Assembly: GCA_905178155.1 (NCBI GenBank)
Contig: CAJINV010000009.1
Coordinates: forward strand, 3,466,768 to 3,530,767
Length of the DNA: 64,000 nucleotides
Source of the DNA: Amoebophrya sp. A120
Taxonomy: Eukaryota > Protista > Dinoflagellata
Direction: 5' to 3'
The notes under the pieces: model-generated
The model's database searches: none
What the model saw: only the letters and a program-made list of their open reading frames with translations
Told to the model about the DNA's origin: nothing
Shown here: positions 38,356-51,518 of the stretch, piece after piece
Position numbering within the stretch: position 1 is the stretch's first letter
Layout of the letters: the number at the start of each line of letters is the position of its first letter
Program-made: the position numbers and the translations under genes

Positions 38356-40315
38356 ATGCTCGGTAACTCGAACCAAGCGGGATGGAACGACTGCGGGTGC
38401 TGCATCTGCATCCCGCAGGATTCTGTTGCCATCATCGAAAATTTTGGTAAGTTTGACCAAGCTATCCTGTGCAAAAGTATCGTACTCGTAGTAATTGCTG
38501 CTATGCATGACAAATCTCTCTCTTAAGGGAAAACAGCATTACAAGTTTCATTTGTAACGCTGAGCGAGTTTGTAATGCAATTTATACTAGTACGATGGGA
38601 TGCTTTTGCATTCGATACAAGCCGCCCCCGCCGGGTTCTTCTGCCTCAAATGCCCCGCTATGCATTGCAAATATGTTGTCTGGGTCCGGAAACACGTATA
38701 AAACTTCTGATCTGCATTTGAGACCAGAACAAAATCTGTCATGCATGGACCGCAAAAGGTGCTCATTTCTTGTGACCAAAAGAGGGAGCTTGTCATGCGG
38801 ATTGCGCATCGCCTAACCTGCTCAAAACCTGTGTTGCTAGGACTTGCATGCCAGATCTTCTGTGTCATGCACAAGCAACATTACATTCTTCCAGACCCAG
38901 ACATGTTTTTTGCATTTGATACCCGGGATCTGGGTGATGCGCGACTTGGTGACGCTCCGGGTCCAGCAAAAGACGGTGGAGGTGGAGACAAAGACGAAGG
39001 ATAACGTGTTTGTGCAGATTATGGTGGCGGTGCAGTTTGAGGTGATTCCTAGTCGGGTGGAAGACGCGTACTACAAATTGGCGAACCCGAGTGTGCAGAT
39101 CCACGCTTACGTTTACGATGCGGTAAGGACAAGAACTACTTTGGTTTTATTAATTTCGATTTTTCTTGAATATGAATATCTATGTCATCTGTAGTTTTGC
39201 ATGTGACCTCGGATTTCTCATGCGAAAATGGAAACCGAAACCAAATCCAAACTCACTCAGGTCCGCTCCACCATCCCAAACCTCACCCTGGATGAGGTTT
39301 TTGAGGGCAAGAACGAAGTGTCTGTCGAAGTGGAGAAGCAATTGACGGAGCACATGACAAATTTCGGCTACCAAATCCACGGAGCACTGATTGTCGACGT
39401 ACAGATTATTGCATTTGTGCAGTTCCTTTCGAAACGGAAACGTCAACGTGTGTTGTTGCGGATTTCCTGCAGGAGAAAACTTTTTGTACTACAGAAACAA
39501 ACCATAACCAGGTATCACCCGCCGCGGCTGTGAAAAACTCAATGAACGAAATCAACGCGAACAAACGAATATCACATGTAAATATGTCTGCTGGGTCTGG
39601 AAAGTTGTGATGCTAATAGCCGAATGATACGCAGGAGCATGTATTAGGTGGCCGCGCATGACAAGTTTCTGAGCGGCTGTGTCTAGCGCGCATGACAAAT
39701 GGCCTTTTTGCATGACAAACAATTGGCACTGTAGCGCACCAAGCATGACAGACTTTTCTGTCTTGTCGCTCAAGCGCGACAGACTTGCATTCTTCCAGAC
39801 CCGCCTGCCAGACATATTTGCATTTGATAACGAAAACGCATTGCCGCGGCGGAAGTTGCGGAGGCACAAAAAATCTTCGCTATCAAGCGAGCAGAGGCGG
39901 AGGCAGAGTCGAAATACCTGCAGGGTAAAGATTTCTTGAAGATGCGCTTTGCACTCTTCCTCTTGCAGCATGACAGAATGCTTCCTCGTTAGGGACGATC
40001 GTAACCGTAGGTACGCATGAGTACTTGTAATTAATTTTTTCCGCCAACTAAAACAAAAGCAACCCACGACCAGGTGAGGGCATCGCCCGGCAGAGGAGGG
40101 CAATCGTGGAAGGGCTGCGGGATTCTGTCAACGAATTTTCGGAAAAGATCGAGGGCATGAAGGCCAAAGATGTGCTGGAGTTGGTGTTGATTACGCAGTA
40201 CTTTGACACCTTGAAGGATATCGGAGAAAAGACGGGGACAAGTACGGTTTTTGTGCCGCACAATCCTGGAGCACTGGGGGCGTACTCGCAGCAGATTCGG
40301 GGGACGTTTAAGTAG
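38356..40315 (+). CDS. SPFH/band-7 protein, HIR-like, paralogue 2
   Basis: [74 protein letters not shown]; GT-AG introns 39123-39260, 39399-39511, 39925-40073; introners 38463, 38659, 39570. Confidence 0.92.
38463..38617. mobile_element. Introner family B
   Basis: DR caagc; frame restored. Confidence 0.9.
38659..38921. mobile_element. Introner family A
   Basis: DR cccgc/cccgg; frame restored. Confidence 0.88.
39570..39829. mobile_element. Introner family A
   Basis: DR acgaa; EINANKR/KRIAA restored. Confidence 0.9.
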
Positions 40316-41435
40316 GCGGTGATAGGATTAGGAAAGATGAGCGTGTTGCTTATTTCACTGCGCCAGGGTTTTTTCAAACCAGATACCGCTTTGACTCTAT
40401 TCTATGTTTTGCAATTATAGACAAGTCGTTCTGTTGGTGGTAACCTTACGTTGGTAGGACCACGGAAATTTATTTCTACTGGAACAACATATTCGCCGAA
40501 AACAGAAACTGCAGTCACATGATGTTGCGAACCCTGCGTGGCGGCACTACAATCGATGTATTCGCATGGAGCATGATCATGGTGGGTCGTTGTAAATCTA
40601 TGACTACGTCGTAGCCAGTTCGTATCGTAATCGTTCGCCAGACAACGTGCAGTGTCAACACAGATCCGTCGTTCATGAATCGTTTTGGCAAAGATCATCC
40701 GTGGAAAATTGCGCCTTCTAGTGGTACCTGTACCGTTCGACTTCGAGTTCGTGCCGTCCTCGTCTGCGTGGACCTTCTCTCGTGAAGCTCGTCTGGTTGA
40801 GATCGTGATCGTATAGTGTGCCTGCATGGAAAGTTCCTCTTATTGCAGATCATCTTTCTATCGTGACAAAGTCGTTTTTCGCACCAGACAGACGCAGTTC
40901 TATTCGCTTCCCTGTCTCCCCGAATCCCTTCCTAGATGCTCCTGGAGAAGTAGTACTTCTGTGCCAAGGATATCATACTTATTTGTTTCAAATCTCCCAC
41001 ACCCTCGTGAAAATGCGTTTCGCGTCACTAGCCGCACGGCATTTATTCACTACCCTGTACTCCCACATCGTCGCCTCAAGTTACTACATAGTACGCCTAA
41101 ACATGCAAAATTCCACTCCAAAATTACCTGTCCTAACGCGTAGGCCCTGTTTTTTCATTGCGATTCGTAAAGTGTGCGAACAATTTCTGAACAGTACAAC
41201 GTTATCGTGGTTGTTGAACTCATTACAGCTTGTGCTGTTGCTATAAACTTCTGAAAAAAAACTTCCTTACGATGCGTTCTTCGCAAGTCGCCTTGTGCTT
41301 GCGCAGTCGACCACAGCGGTCGACCACCACCCGAGGAGCACACTGAGGCTGAGATAAGAGAGCACACAGCAGCTGCTGCTGCTGCATAACGGTTCGTAAA
41401 CAAGCAGAAAGACTTTCTGCTCGTCGTCAAAAGTT

Positions 41436-44400
41436 ATGGTGGACAACTCGGTGCTGTTTACTACTTTAGACGATGATCTGCAGGATCAGTTGCGGACCAT
41501 TAAAGCGAAGGGATGGAAGAACACGAAGTTCAGAGGTACACTTTTTGCTCTTGGATATGTGTCATGCATGATTTGCAGCATGACCTGCATTTGCTACACA
41601 GGAGCATGAAAAACAATTCCAAAATCAATAAATCAAAACAGACAATCACACCCTGGTCCACTGGGCGTGTTTCCACAACCGCATCGACGTTCTGCATCTG
41701 CTCCTGGAGTCCAACTTCCGTGATGACATTGACTTGGAGATTCGCGACACGGCCGGCCACCGCGCGGTGGACTACGCGACCCGACCCGAAATCCGCCGCT
41801 ACATGGACAACGCGCGGATGGCGCAACAGGCGAGACGGAAGTTCCAGAAGTTGAATAACCATAGTTGGATGAGCAGCCCTGGGGGGCAGTTGTCTGGTAC
41901 TTCTGCGACCACGTCTTCGCGGCTGCAACATGGAGGTGTGTCCTCCCACATGAATAATTCCACCACCAGTAGCCCGATGAACCACTACCCGAGCAACACT
42001 CTATCATCTTCGCAGCACCTCACCCTTGACGACTTTTCCGCGCCGATGTCCATCACGAGACGATCAGAGTCAAATTCCTCCACGAGTCGGCAAGGGGATT
42101 ACTCTGCCTCCCTAGTCGATTTGACAAAACTCCCCGCGGTGAACGAGGAGGAAGAATTGCAGCAAGAGGGATCTTTTTTCTGGAATAAACTGCTCGGGGG
42201 ATCGATGTTTTCCGGGATGGGTGGTAGTAGCAACGCCTTGTCCCAGCACGATGACAGGTCTACCGGCGTAAGTACATCAACGGCGACGGGCGGCGGGCAG
42301 ACGAGTAGCAGCTCGTTTTACAATACCAGCTCGGGTAGCTCCGCATCGGGGGACGATGGAATGTTTGGGACGACGAGTTATGGAGGCGGGAACTCGAGCT
42401 CGAGTAGTAGCCCGGCCCAGACGGTTGTGCACAACGGACAGAGGGCGATTGACATATTACCGGGTAGCAGACCTAGTGCAGCGGAGCAACAGCAAGGAGG
42501 AGGAGGTGATGGGATAAACAATGAACAGCCAACAAGTTCTTCTATCGGCGGGTTTATTAGTGGATTAATGTGGGGAAGCAGCGGTACTAGCAGCAGCTCT
42601 AGTACCTCATCACCAACTGCTAATCCGGGAGGTCGTGGTAACACGGGGGCCCAATACCATCAGCAGCAACACCAGCAGCACAAAAAACCACCTCCTCCGA
42701 CCAAAAAACCCAAGAACCGCTTAGGCAACGCGGAGGAGCTGTCCGATTTAGCTGCGTTTTCCCACCGCCAGCAGATGAAAGTGCAGGACAAATTGGATCG
42801 ATCCTCAAGAGCCGCTGGTGCAAACGAGCCCTCCTGCCCCGCCGCCTGCCCCAAGCCCTGTTGCGCTCCGGGCCAGGCGAATTTCCCCGGAAGTAACCGA
42901 CTGTCGCCCATGGCGGGGAGGATCGGTTTAGGAGCGTTAAACAGCAATTTTGACGGTTGTCAGGAGATCGCGCACAGCAACACCAGTCGGGGGAGTTCGT
43001 GGGTGAATCCAAAAGCGCCGTTCTCCCAGCGGGGACTCTCGCCAAACGGAACAACGGGTACTAGGGGTGGCAGTTACGACGATGATAGGGACAAAGCGAC
43101 AAATCTGATGGACATGCTACAGTCGTTAGACCCGAGAAGCGAGGATACTATGAAACAACCGGGGCACCATCAGAAAGCTTCTTCCTCTGCGCATCACCAT
43201 CATACTCATAGTGGCAACACCACAACGTACGGCTCTGTCACTTCCAACTCCGACCGGTTCCGAGATCTGCAAGCGCAATACGCACCCTCACCCGGATTCG
43301 AGAGGCAAGACCATCATCAAAACGATATCCTGAGTAAAAACGTACCCACACCAGAGTCAAGATGGCAAATCTGCTAGACAAATCAGCCAGCTTTGGTCGT
43401 TTGGCATGACAAGTTCGTCTTCGTAGTGTAATCCTGTTTAGGTAGTTCAGCAGCATCACAGATCTAGTATATCATGCTGATTGTAGCATCACAAATCCCA
43501 AAACACGACTAGACAATGCCTCTCATGGCGCTCCGCATGACAAACCTTTTTGGCATGCAGATTTGCATGACAACTCTGGTGTGGGTACGTTTTTACTCAG
43601 GATAAACGAGGACTGGTCGGACGATGATGACGAGGATGCGGATATCCTGAGCAAAAATGTACCCACCCCAGAGTTGTCATGCAGATTTGCAGCTACAGGA
43701 AGATTTGTAATGCGCATCCACACGAGAGGCGTTTCCAATCGCGTTTTGCGCTTTGTAATGCTGTCGACAGGATGAGTAGATGGATTTGTGTTGCGGCTGT
43801 GCTTGCTAAACTGCACTACAATACAGAGACGAACTTGTCATGCTGGACCCCCAAAACTTCTCGATTTGTGTTGCAAAATCCCCATCCTGACTCTGGTGTG
43901 GGTACGTTTTTACTCAGGATAGCGGAGTTTAAGAAGGTGAAAAAGCGTCTGAATGCGCGGAAAAAGAAGAAAAAGGGGACGGTCTGCTACTGCCCCACCC
44001 CTTGGGGCCACGAAATACCGTTGAATTGCTGTCAGTGCGTGGTCTGCACCTTAGTGTCCACGGGGGTGAGCAGTGTGGTGTTTTTCGTGCTGATTTACTT
44101 CGTGATGGTTTTGTTCGGCTTGATGGAAGCGGGAGAAATCAAAACGTTGTGGACGATGAACGCCGGTAAAAATCACCATAGTAATACCGGGAGCCCAGCG
44201 TCTTCACGCCATTCGAGTAACGGAGGGAGGAACAACAACCGGAGAAATCGGCGAAGTAGTAGATCATCCTCTAACGCCCGGTCTTCTTGGCAACATGAGG
44301 ACGACGAGGGTAGGGGGAGAAATGCAAATGACGCACAGGATGGTGGTGGTTCTGTTACAACCCGAGCAGGAAATTACAATGGGCAAGACAACGGTATTAA

Positions 44401-45514
44401 AAACAATCGGTTCGCCATCAGCGATGCGGATAACGCGCTCGAGCAGGAGGAACTAGTCAGGCAATTTGACACGACAAGGGCGAATGAAGAAAACGGCAAT
44501 TATGATCCCAACGCAGGCGAAGACGACGAAGAAAACATCAATGGAGATGGCAGTCAGGATCAGGACCCGCCCGAAGACAACGGGTATGATTATAACGGAG
44601 ATGACAGAGGACCAAGTACTAGAGAGGACCAGGCCGAACAACAGGATCAGAACCAAAGTACACAAGAACAGCAGGATGGGAATCTTCAAGAGCAAGACCA
44701 GCGGCAAGAAGAGCGATCAGGAGCGGCCTCGTCCAACAGCAGGAACAATAAGCCGGCGCACAAGAGCAAAAAAGCCCGAAGGAGAATAAACCACAATAAC
44801 GGCAACAGCGATGGTACTAACGGCCAAGCCACGCACCATAGTTCCCAACACCACGCGACCACGCACAGTATGACCACCAGCAGCTTTGGGGAGTTTGTTG
44901 GAGGTGCGGACGGGAGTAGTGATAGCATTGCTCCTGCACTGTTCAACGACAATCTGCAAGATCGGACTGTGAACCTAAACCTTTCGGGAACATCATCAAG
45001 CAGCAGCAATACAAGGAACACCTACGTTGCGCTGAGGGGATCTTCAACAAACACGGGGAAAACGCCACAGGCGCTTCTGGCAAGATCTGGCTCGACGTCG
45101 TCTACCGAGGAACCAGATGATCGGCTATTCAATGAGGACGGGGAAGAGGATTCTGCTGAGTACAATTCTCGCCTCGCTGTCGCGGAAGGCGGTGTGCAAG
45201 AACCAGCGACGAAAGGAGAATTGACCGTGCCCTCGTACGGAAGTAGCTCGTTTCTTGCTACGGTTGCGGAGAAGTACAACTACCCGGGACACGATGAGAT
45301 TGACGAGAATGGCGGCATGGAAGATAATGCGGACGGTGGTCTGACTCTGAACTACGAGCTCTACGCGGAGCAACAAAGTCAGAAGGGCGGTGGAACGAGC
45401 CACTTACGGGGGGTAGTAGTGCGACAAGATACAACGCCACCTCGGGAGGTTCAGGGGAAAAATGCGGAAGAAGTAGCACGAACCGCGTTTGAAGCCACCG
45501 TTTTCTATGCGTAG
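41436..45514 (+). CDS. Ankyrin-repeat protein with long low-complexity regions and one central TM helix
   Basis: DNHTLVHWACFHNRIDVLHLLL..DLEIRDTAGHRAVDYA after GT-AG intron 41536-41641; ORFs 41734 and 43679 join across introners 43326 and 43643; TM VSSVVFFVLIYFVMVLFGL. Confidence 0.75.
43326..43604. mobile_element. Introner family D
   Basis: Long perfect TIR; DR aacga. Confidence 0.92.
43643..43921. mobile_element. Introner family D, inverted relative to 43326
   Basis: DR gcgga; frame restored. Confidence 0.92.
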
Positions 45515-46494
45515 GAACAAAGAAAGCGTGGTGATAAATTCTGTATAGAAGTGCAAACGAAAGTTGTCATACCAAACTATTACATGCGCCTATCCTCCGT
45601 AGTATGGCAACGGAAGCGAAAACGAAAATTAACGGATGTCTCAAGCACGAAAACCTCCTGTAAAAATTTCCTGAAGCGATTCTGTACAAATTTGTTGTCC
45701 ACCTTGTCTGAAACAACAGAGAATGCCATGCAAATTCGTGTACAATTGGAATTGATTGTCGAAGTGTCGTACTAGTCCAAAATGAGAACAAACAAGAAGG
45801 AGAAGCTGCGTTTCAGCCGGATTTGATTTCCGTATTCACAGGATACGCGAAAGAGCAACAGCCGCATAATCCGATATGTTCCTGAAGAATAACCTATCGG
45901 TTTCTTTTTTTCATGCCTTACGACCGCGAAGCAGATATGGAGTGGAGATGGAAATCTTTTTTTTTTCACCTGAGAGAAAAGGAAACAGCAACAAAGACGT
46001 CTCCGTTTTTTTTCCAACACCCCAAATCCAGCTTTTTCGTTGGAGGTCGATTGGTGTGCCCTGGTTCCTGTTTTGCTCACGATCTTGTTTTGTTGCTTCA
46101 GTTTTGTTTACTGAAGTTGAGTCGGTTCTTCAAGTACACTGCGATCCACCGGTCCGACGTGCTACTGCATTCGAAGACGATCACATTTCTCATGGAAGTT
46201 GAAGAGGTCGTCTGTCGTCAGTAGGCCTTGCTATGATCATTTCTTTCAACCGAGCCTCTGGCTCATCATCATCTTATCGTTCTGATTGTCCGTCGATACA
46301 AACACAATCCCTCTCTTTTTTTCCAGTCTTGAGTGAGAAAAATTTGTGTCCGTTGGAATCGACATCGAATCCACGGTTTCTAAGTTCTGGTAAAAAATAC
46401 CTGTTCTCTCTCTTAAGTTAAGTATAAGTTGTGCTGTCGTTTTCTGAAAATAAAGCGTCTGCTTTCGTCGCGAAAAACAGCGTTGTTGCTTCTG

Positions 46495-46688
46495 TATCCC
46501 GTGCAAAAGTATCCTAGTACTCCCACAAGAAATTATTGCAATCGGGTCGTATGATAGATCCTAATCCTATTTCTCGGCCAAGCTGCATGACGAGTAAGTT
46601 TGATGATTTTTCCTGTGGTAAGAATTGGCATGCGAAGATTCTTGTCCATGCGAGATGACAGTGGGATAGGATATTTTTGCAATGCATA
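46495..46688. mobile_element. Degenerate B-like element, probably in a 5' UTR
   Basis: tatcccgtgcaaaagtatcct..aggatatttttgcaatgcata; DR decayed (ttctg/gtcgg). Confidence 0.65.
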
Positions 46689-46788
46689 GTCGGTTGACCA
46701 CTCTGTGAACATCCTGGACCCTCACCGCTTTGCTTCCACCGCGAACCGTTCGACTCTGTGATCGATACCATCATCGCGAACCATCAAC

Positions 46789-48419
46789 ATGTCGACCTCC
46801 AACCAGATGAACCAAGAATGCACTCCGCTGCCGACGTCCTACCGTCATCCGACCGCAGATCACGAGAAGCAGCACCGGGAAATCATCGAGTCCTACTGCG
46901 TATCCAATGCTAAAGGAGCATCGGGCAAGAAGAACATCGCCAGCCCTCAATTATAGGCTAATTGCGATTATGCATGACTACAGATCTGCCAATATGTTAT
47001 ATGTTAAGTATAAATGATTGTGATACCACGCGGCTCCAAGCCCCATCTTTCTTCATTTGTTCAAGTTGTCATGCAGCGACATGTACATGTATCAGTGCAC
47101 GATGCTTCTGCAATGCATACCGTGCCCGCAAAGGACTGAAGTGTGCGGATGAGGTGCTGTTCGCCAAGGTCGTCGTCAAGGGTCACGGTACTTACCGCGT
47201 CAGTATGCATTGGAAATATAATGCCTGGGTCTGGACAGGTGAAACTTGTGTTGCATGTCCTGCGTTTTTCCTGAAAAATCTGTATTGCACAGCCACCAGC
47301 ACGAAGCGCATGGCTCTTCTGTGATGCAAAAATGCACGTTGTCATGCGTGCTACGCATCAGACCACGGCGCCAACGAAACTTGTCATGCTTGGCTGCACT
47401 TGTCGAAGGCACCAGACGCATCCATGCTCTAGCATCACAAGTTTCCAGAGATCCAGGGTGGATATTTGCAATGCATAGTCAGCTGGACTGTGCGAAACCA
47501 GGTCGGTGACGTGAAAACGATGATCACAGCGAAGACCGGAATCTCCCACGAGCAACTGAGTGGCGCGGGTTGCGAGTTCCAAATCTCCGAGCACCGTACT
47601 GACCAGCCGATGGAATACTGTTTCGGTTCCGAGAGTGATGACACCCCGCTGCTCTGCTTGATCAGCTCTGGTATAGTCTGACACTTTATAGCACCGCCTA
47701 ACACGACCGGAGGTGCCTACCCCAACTTTTCTAACTGAGAGAATGCATAGTAACCATGAGCATGCGCTTGTATGTTTCGCTCGTCCCTTATTTCGTATGT
47801 ACCGCATCGAAGAGATGGAGCTCTGCGTCGCTGCTGACAGCCAGAACGTATAGAAAACTGGTCGTGCCCCAGCATACGCTGTTTGAAAAAAACCCGCACG
47901 GAGAGTTGTGTCAAGATCTATTCTTATTTCGCGAGTCTTTGAAATTCTTCGACTGGGGGCAAGAACATCTTGAAATTGTATTGTCGAAAAACAAGAATCA
48001 GAATGTCTATGTCAATGTCAAAAAAAAATTGAAACACAGGTGGGATTATCAGCGTGAATTTTGTCGGCCACAAGAAAGGAGACGGCGACTCTGGTGTAGT
48101 TGCGCCGCACGATATGACAGTGCACAACTCCCCCACCCCTCATTTGTCATGCAAAATCCCAAATCTACCTTCTGCCTGTGACCACTCTTTGTATGACAGA
48201 TTCCGAAATCCAAAACAGCACTACCATCGCCTAGGAATTTGCCATGCAAAAGCTGCATCTTTTTCTTTGCGCCGGCGCTTGTGTAGTTGTTGTTCTTGCA
48301 ACACAAATGAGGGGAAGGGAGAGTTGTGCACTGGCATAGACGAGGATCACGACGACTCCACCGCGTCCACCGGCGTGAGCGGTGTCTCTGGTGTGAGCGA
48401 TAGCGAATCTGATTGCTGA
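46789..48419 (+). CDS. Small protein with possible ubiquitin-like domain; 3' exon structure uncertain
   Basis: VLFAKVVVKGHGTYRVS/WTVRNQVGDVKTMITAKTGISHEQL is rebuilt across elements 46901 and 47204; the fold call is by eye only. Confidence 0.45.
46901..47119. mobile_element. Degenerate B-like introner
   Basis: DR ctgcg/ccgtg; frame restored. Confidence 0.7.
47204..47477. mobile_element. Introner family A
   Basis: DR gtcag; frame restored. Confidence 0.85.
48113..48338. mobile_element. Introner family H (TIR TATGACAGTGCACAACTCCCC)
   Basis: DR cacga/gacga. Confidence 0.85.
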
Positions 48420-48563
48420 GTTCATGATCTACTTGAAGGAGCTTTCAGTTGTAGGGAGACCACCTGAGCACCGGTAGCACTACCAGTGGCGTTCTGGTAT
48501 TTGATACTGATAAGATTCTTGCATTTTGATTTTTTGTTGTAGGTAGACGTAAAAATATCGCGC

Positions 48564-49162
48564 ATGCCCAAGCGCGGAATCATGCACCTTTATTTCAAAC
48601 ATTACCTACCATTGGAGGTAATGGCTTCACAGGGTAGTTCCCGGAAGATTTTCCGGCCCAATGATGCAACTTGTCATGCAAAAGTTGGAGCAGCAAAGGA
48701 GAGTTCTTTGAGTTTCTTTTCGGTATCTCATGTAAAGTGTAGGTCGGGATAAGTAGTAAACGTAAATCTTCAGGGCATATATTACATCGCTTCGCTGTTC
48801 TACTCCCCAGCCGGTTTATTGACTGCAAAAATGAAATCAGGTACACTCGTCGCGTCACCAGCAAGCATCAAGGAAGATAATTCAATGTTTCTGGACATCA
48901 TCATAGTAAACCATCCATGCCGTAAGTCCGTTTGTTCGCTCACGCGTGTGAGACGTTAGTTTTCGACGACTTTACAGCACGACCTCAATCGCCTATACTA
49001 GTTCAACTTGATGGAGTTCCAGATGACCAAGCAGTTTTCATCGCCGCTAACCGAATTTTCGAATTGCCCCCGGTAAACTTCGGCGTCGCTCCTGCCACGC
49101 CACAACCCTTCACTAGTACGCCGCTTCCACCGCTCGACAGACGACCTTTCATTCCTTGGTAG
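48564..49162 (+). CDS. Small four-exon hypothetical gene (~110 aa) not visible in the ORF track
   Basis: Three phase-compatible GT-AG introns (48618-48742, 48762-48840, 48922-48977) give an open frame from ATG 48564 to TAG 49162. Confidence 0.45.
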
Positions 49163-51518
49163 ATTTGGATTGAGTGTGATTCTTTCGTTTATCTCCTTGC
49201 ATGGTACTGTATGGTGTCGAGGTCAACATGCGTGGGTATCAATTTTTGATGTAGTTGAGGATCCTCGTCCTAGGACCAATTCTAGTATCCCTCTCTTTTC
49301 GTGATTTCCTGCCTACTTTGGTAATGGCACTGTTACAACTTACAATGAAAAACAAAAACAGGTTAACTTACACGCAAGCCAACGATATCACCTTGCTGGG
49401 GAAACTGGCTTATTGCCCGCACAACTCGAGATGTGGACAAGGCGGCTAGGCAAACGCGGCATCGCTGGCGGCGAAAAGTTTTTCGCAATTTTTGGATTTT
49501 TTTGTAGTATTAGCATTATTTAAGTTCCAGTTCTTGGTAGTTCTTCAGTTTTTCATCTTCATTCAAGTTTTTTTTTAAATATTTTCCGTTTCGCTATAGA
49601 GTATTGATTTTCCAAGATGCAGCTGGTTTACAGGATTACTGTCCCTGCATCGAGTTCGAAAAAAGTCTCACTGACATCAGTAGTTCGAGTCTCATCTTTC
49701 CTCCTCCCCCTGCTGGTCTTTTCTCTTCATTCTGATGTCTCTGACCAGCGGTTGACATTAAAAGTTCATTGTTGAACGAGAACCACTGCCTTATATGAAC
49801 AAGCGGTCCCCGCCTTCGGCTTTCTACCGAAATTCCGAAGGGATTGAGACAGCTCGCGAATGCGGCGAGCAGTACTCGATCAAAGTCCTAGCTATCTCTT
49901 CATAAGTTGTAGCCTTGCTCCTGGTAAATTGTCTCTTGTAGTGAAGACTACACTTGCGTTCCTATTCCTTGCGGAAGTATCCGTGAGCGTGATTCTCATC
50001 TCTAACCCCGGGGTTTCACCGTGCTTCATTGTGGCTTTAGGAGTTACGACGCTGGTATAAAACATAATTGCAATAGCCTGCGAAAGGCAAAGTCAAGTTT
50101 GAGTTGATCGCTTTCGTCTTGTCACTCCGTATATTGCGTTTTGTGATACACAGCAGTTTGTGGCATTTTGATTGTATTTTTATGCAGCATTGGATTGCTT
50201 CTGCTTGTGCTTTTCCCGTAAGGTTTACTAGGCTTTCAGAGCAATTTTGTGTTTTTCAAGCCACGCATGTGTGCAGCAGAGAAGTCGTGTGTGTAGAGAA
50301 GTCGTGTAGTATTTCTGCTCATCTTATTTCCGAAGCGTCGGCATCCTCACCTTCTCTTCTCGAGTGTTTGTAGTTTGTGTCCGAAATAAGAGACGCGCCA
50401 ATTTTGCTAAGATGAAACAAATCTATCATGTGTTTTATCAATTCTTCATTAGTGGTCGATCCACTTCATCTCGCTCGAGAGATTACTTTTCCTTGTAGTT
50501 CGAGTTGCAACTTGAAGAGATTTTTTGGACTTTTTTTACCCTTCCGCCCGAGATTCGTAGTACTAGATGTCTTGTGACAAGATACACTCCCGATAGATTC
50601 ACAGTTCTTGAAGCACCAAAAGAGTAATTTTCTTTTATTTTTTTTTGTATCTGTTGCTAGCGAATGACGTATTGCAGCTAGCAAGGGATGATTGTAATTG
50701 TCCCTATGCTCGCAAGATGATTACTTCTCGACATGAACTGCTTTTGCAAACCTCACTACGTCTATTTGTACCCAAATATTCTTATTCTGTCCCCACAGGA
50801 CCAAAACTTGATCTCGAAGCCGAAAAATGAAAAAAAGCATCCTGCTCGACCACGATAGATCTGGCAGCTTTTCTTGTGTCGCGAACAGCTGCGCGTGTTC
50901 GGGCCCCTAGTGTTGTCGGATTGCTCCTGCTGGGCGAGCAGAAATCTGAATAGAATTAAATTGTCGTAGATCCGCTGTGCTTGAAGACGTTGGCGATAGT
51001 TTATTTGATGCAGAACTACAGGGTAGAGCAGAGATACAAAATGCAGACTCATCTCATCCTTGTTCGGTCGGTGATAGCACACGAAGTGATGGCACAAGGT
51101 TTAATCATGACATCAAATTCGTCCTGTCATCGTGATGTTTGTTGAAGCAGTATCTCGGTAAGGCGTGCTAGATAAAAAAAAAAAACGTCGGAGATAGACA
51201 CAAAATACAATTCGTGCTAAAATGCAGCGTGTGAGTAAGTCTAAGGTGTAAGATTCTGTCGAGTTCGCGTTATTTGGGGTTCTCGATATTGGTAAGCTCT
51301 TGTTTTGTTTTTGCCTATCAAGAACTTGAAGCGGCCCGTTGGTTGCTGAGAACTAGAAGCTCATGTTCTACACGAGTAGTAATCGGCAATCACGACCTCC
51401 AGGCCATTTCGCGGGGGCACGCTAACCTCTGCCGGCCAGGCTCCGCCTAACGTGGCCGTTCGATAGTTGCTTTTCCCGTCGGTAGCAATCGATACCGTCT
51501 CCGACGACGATCTCCCGC

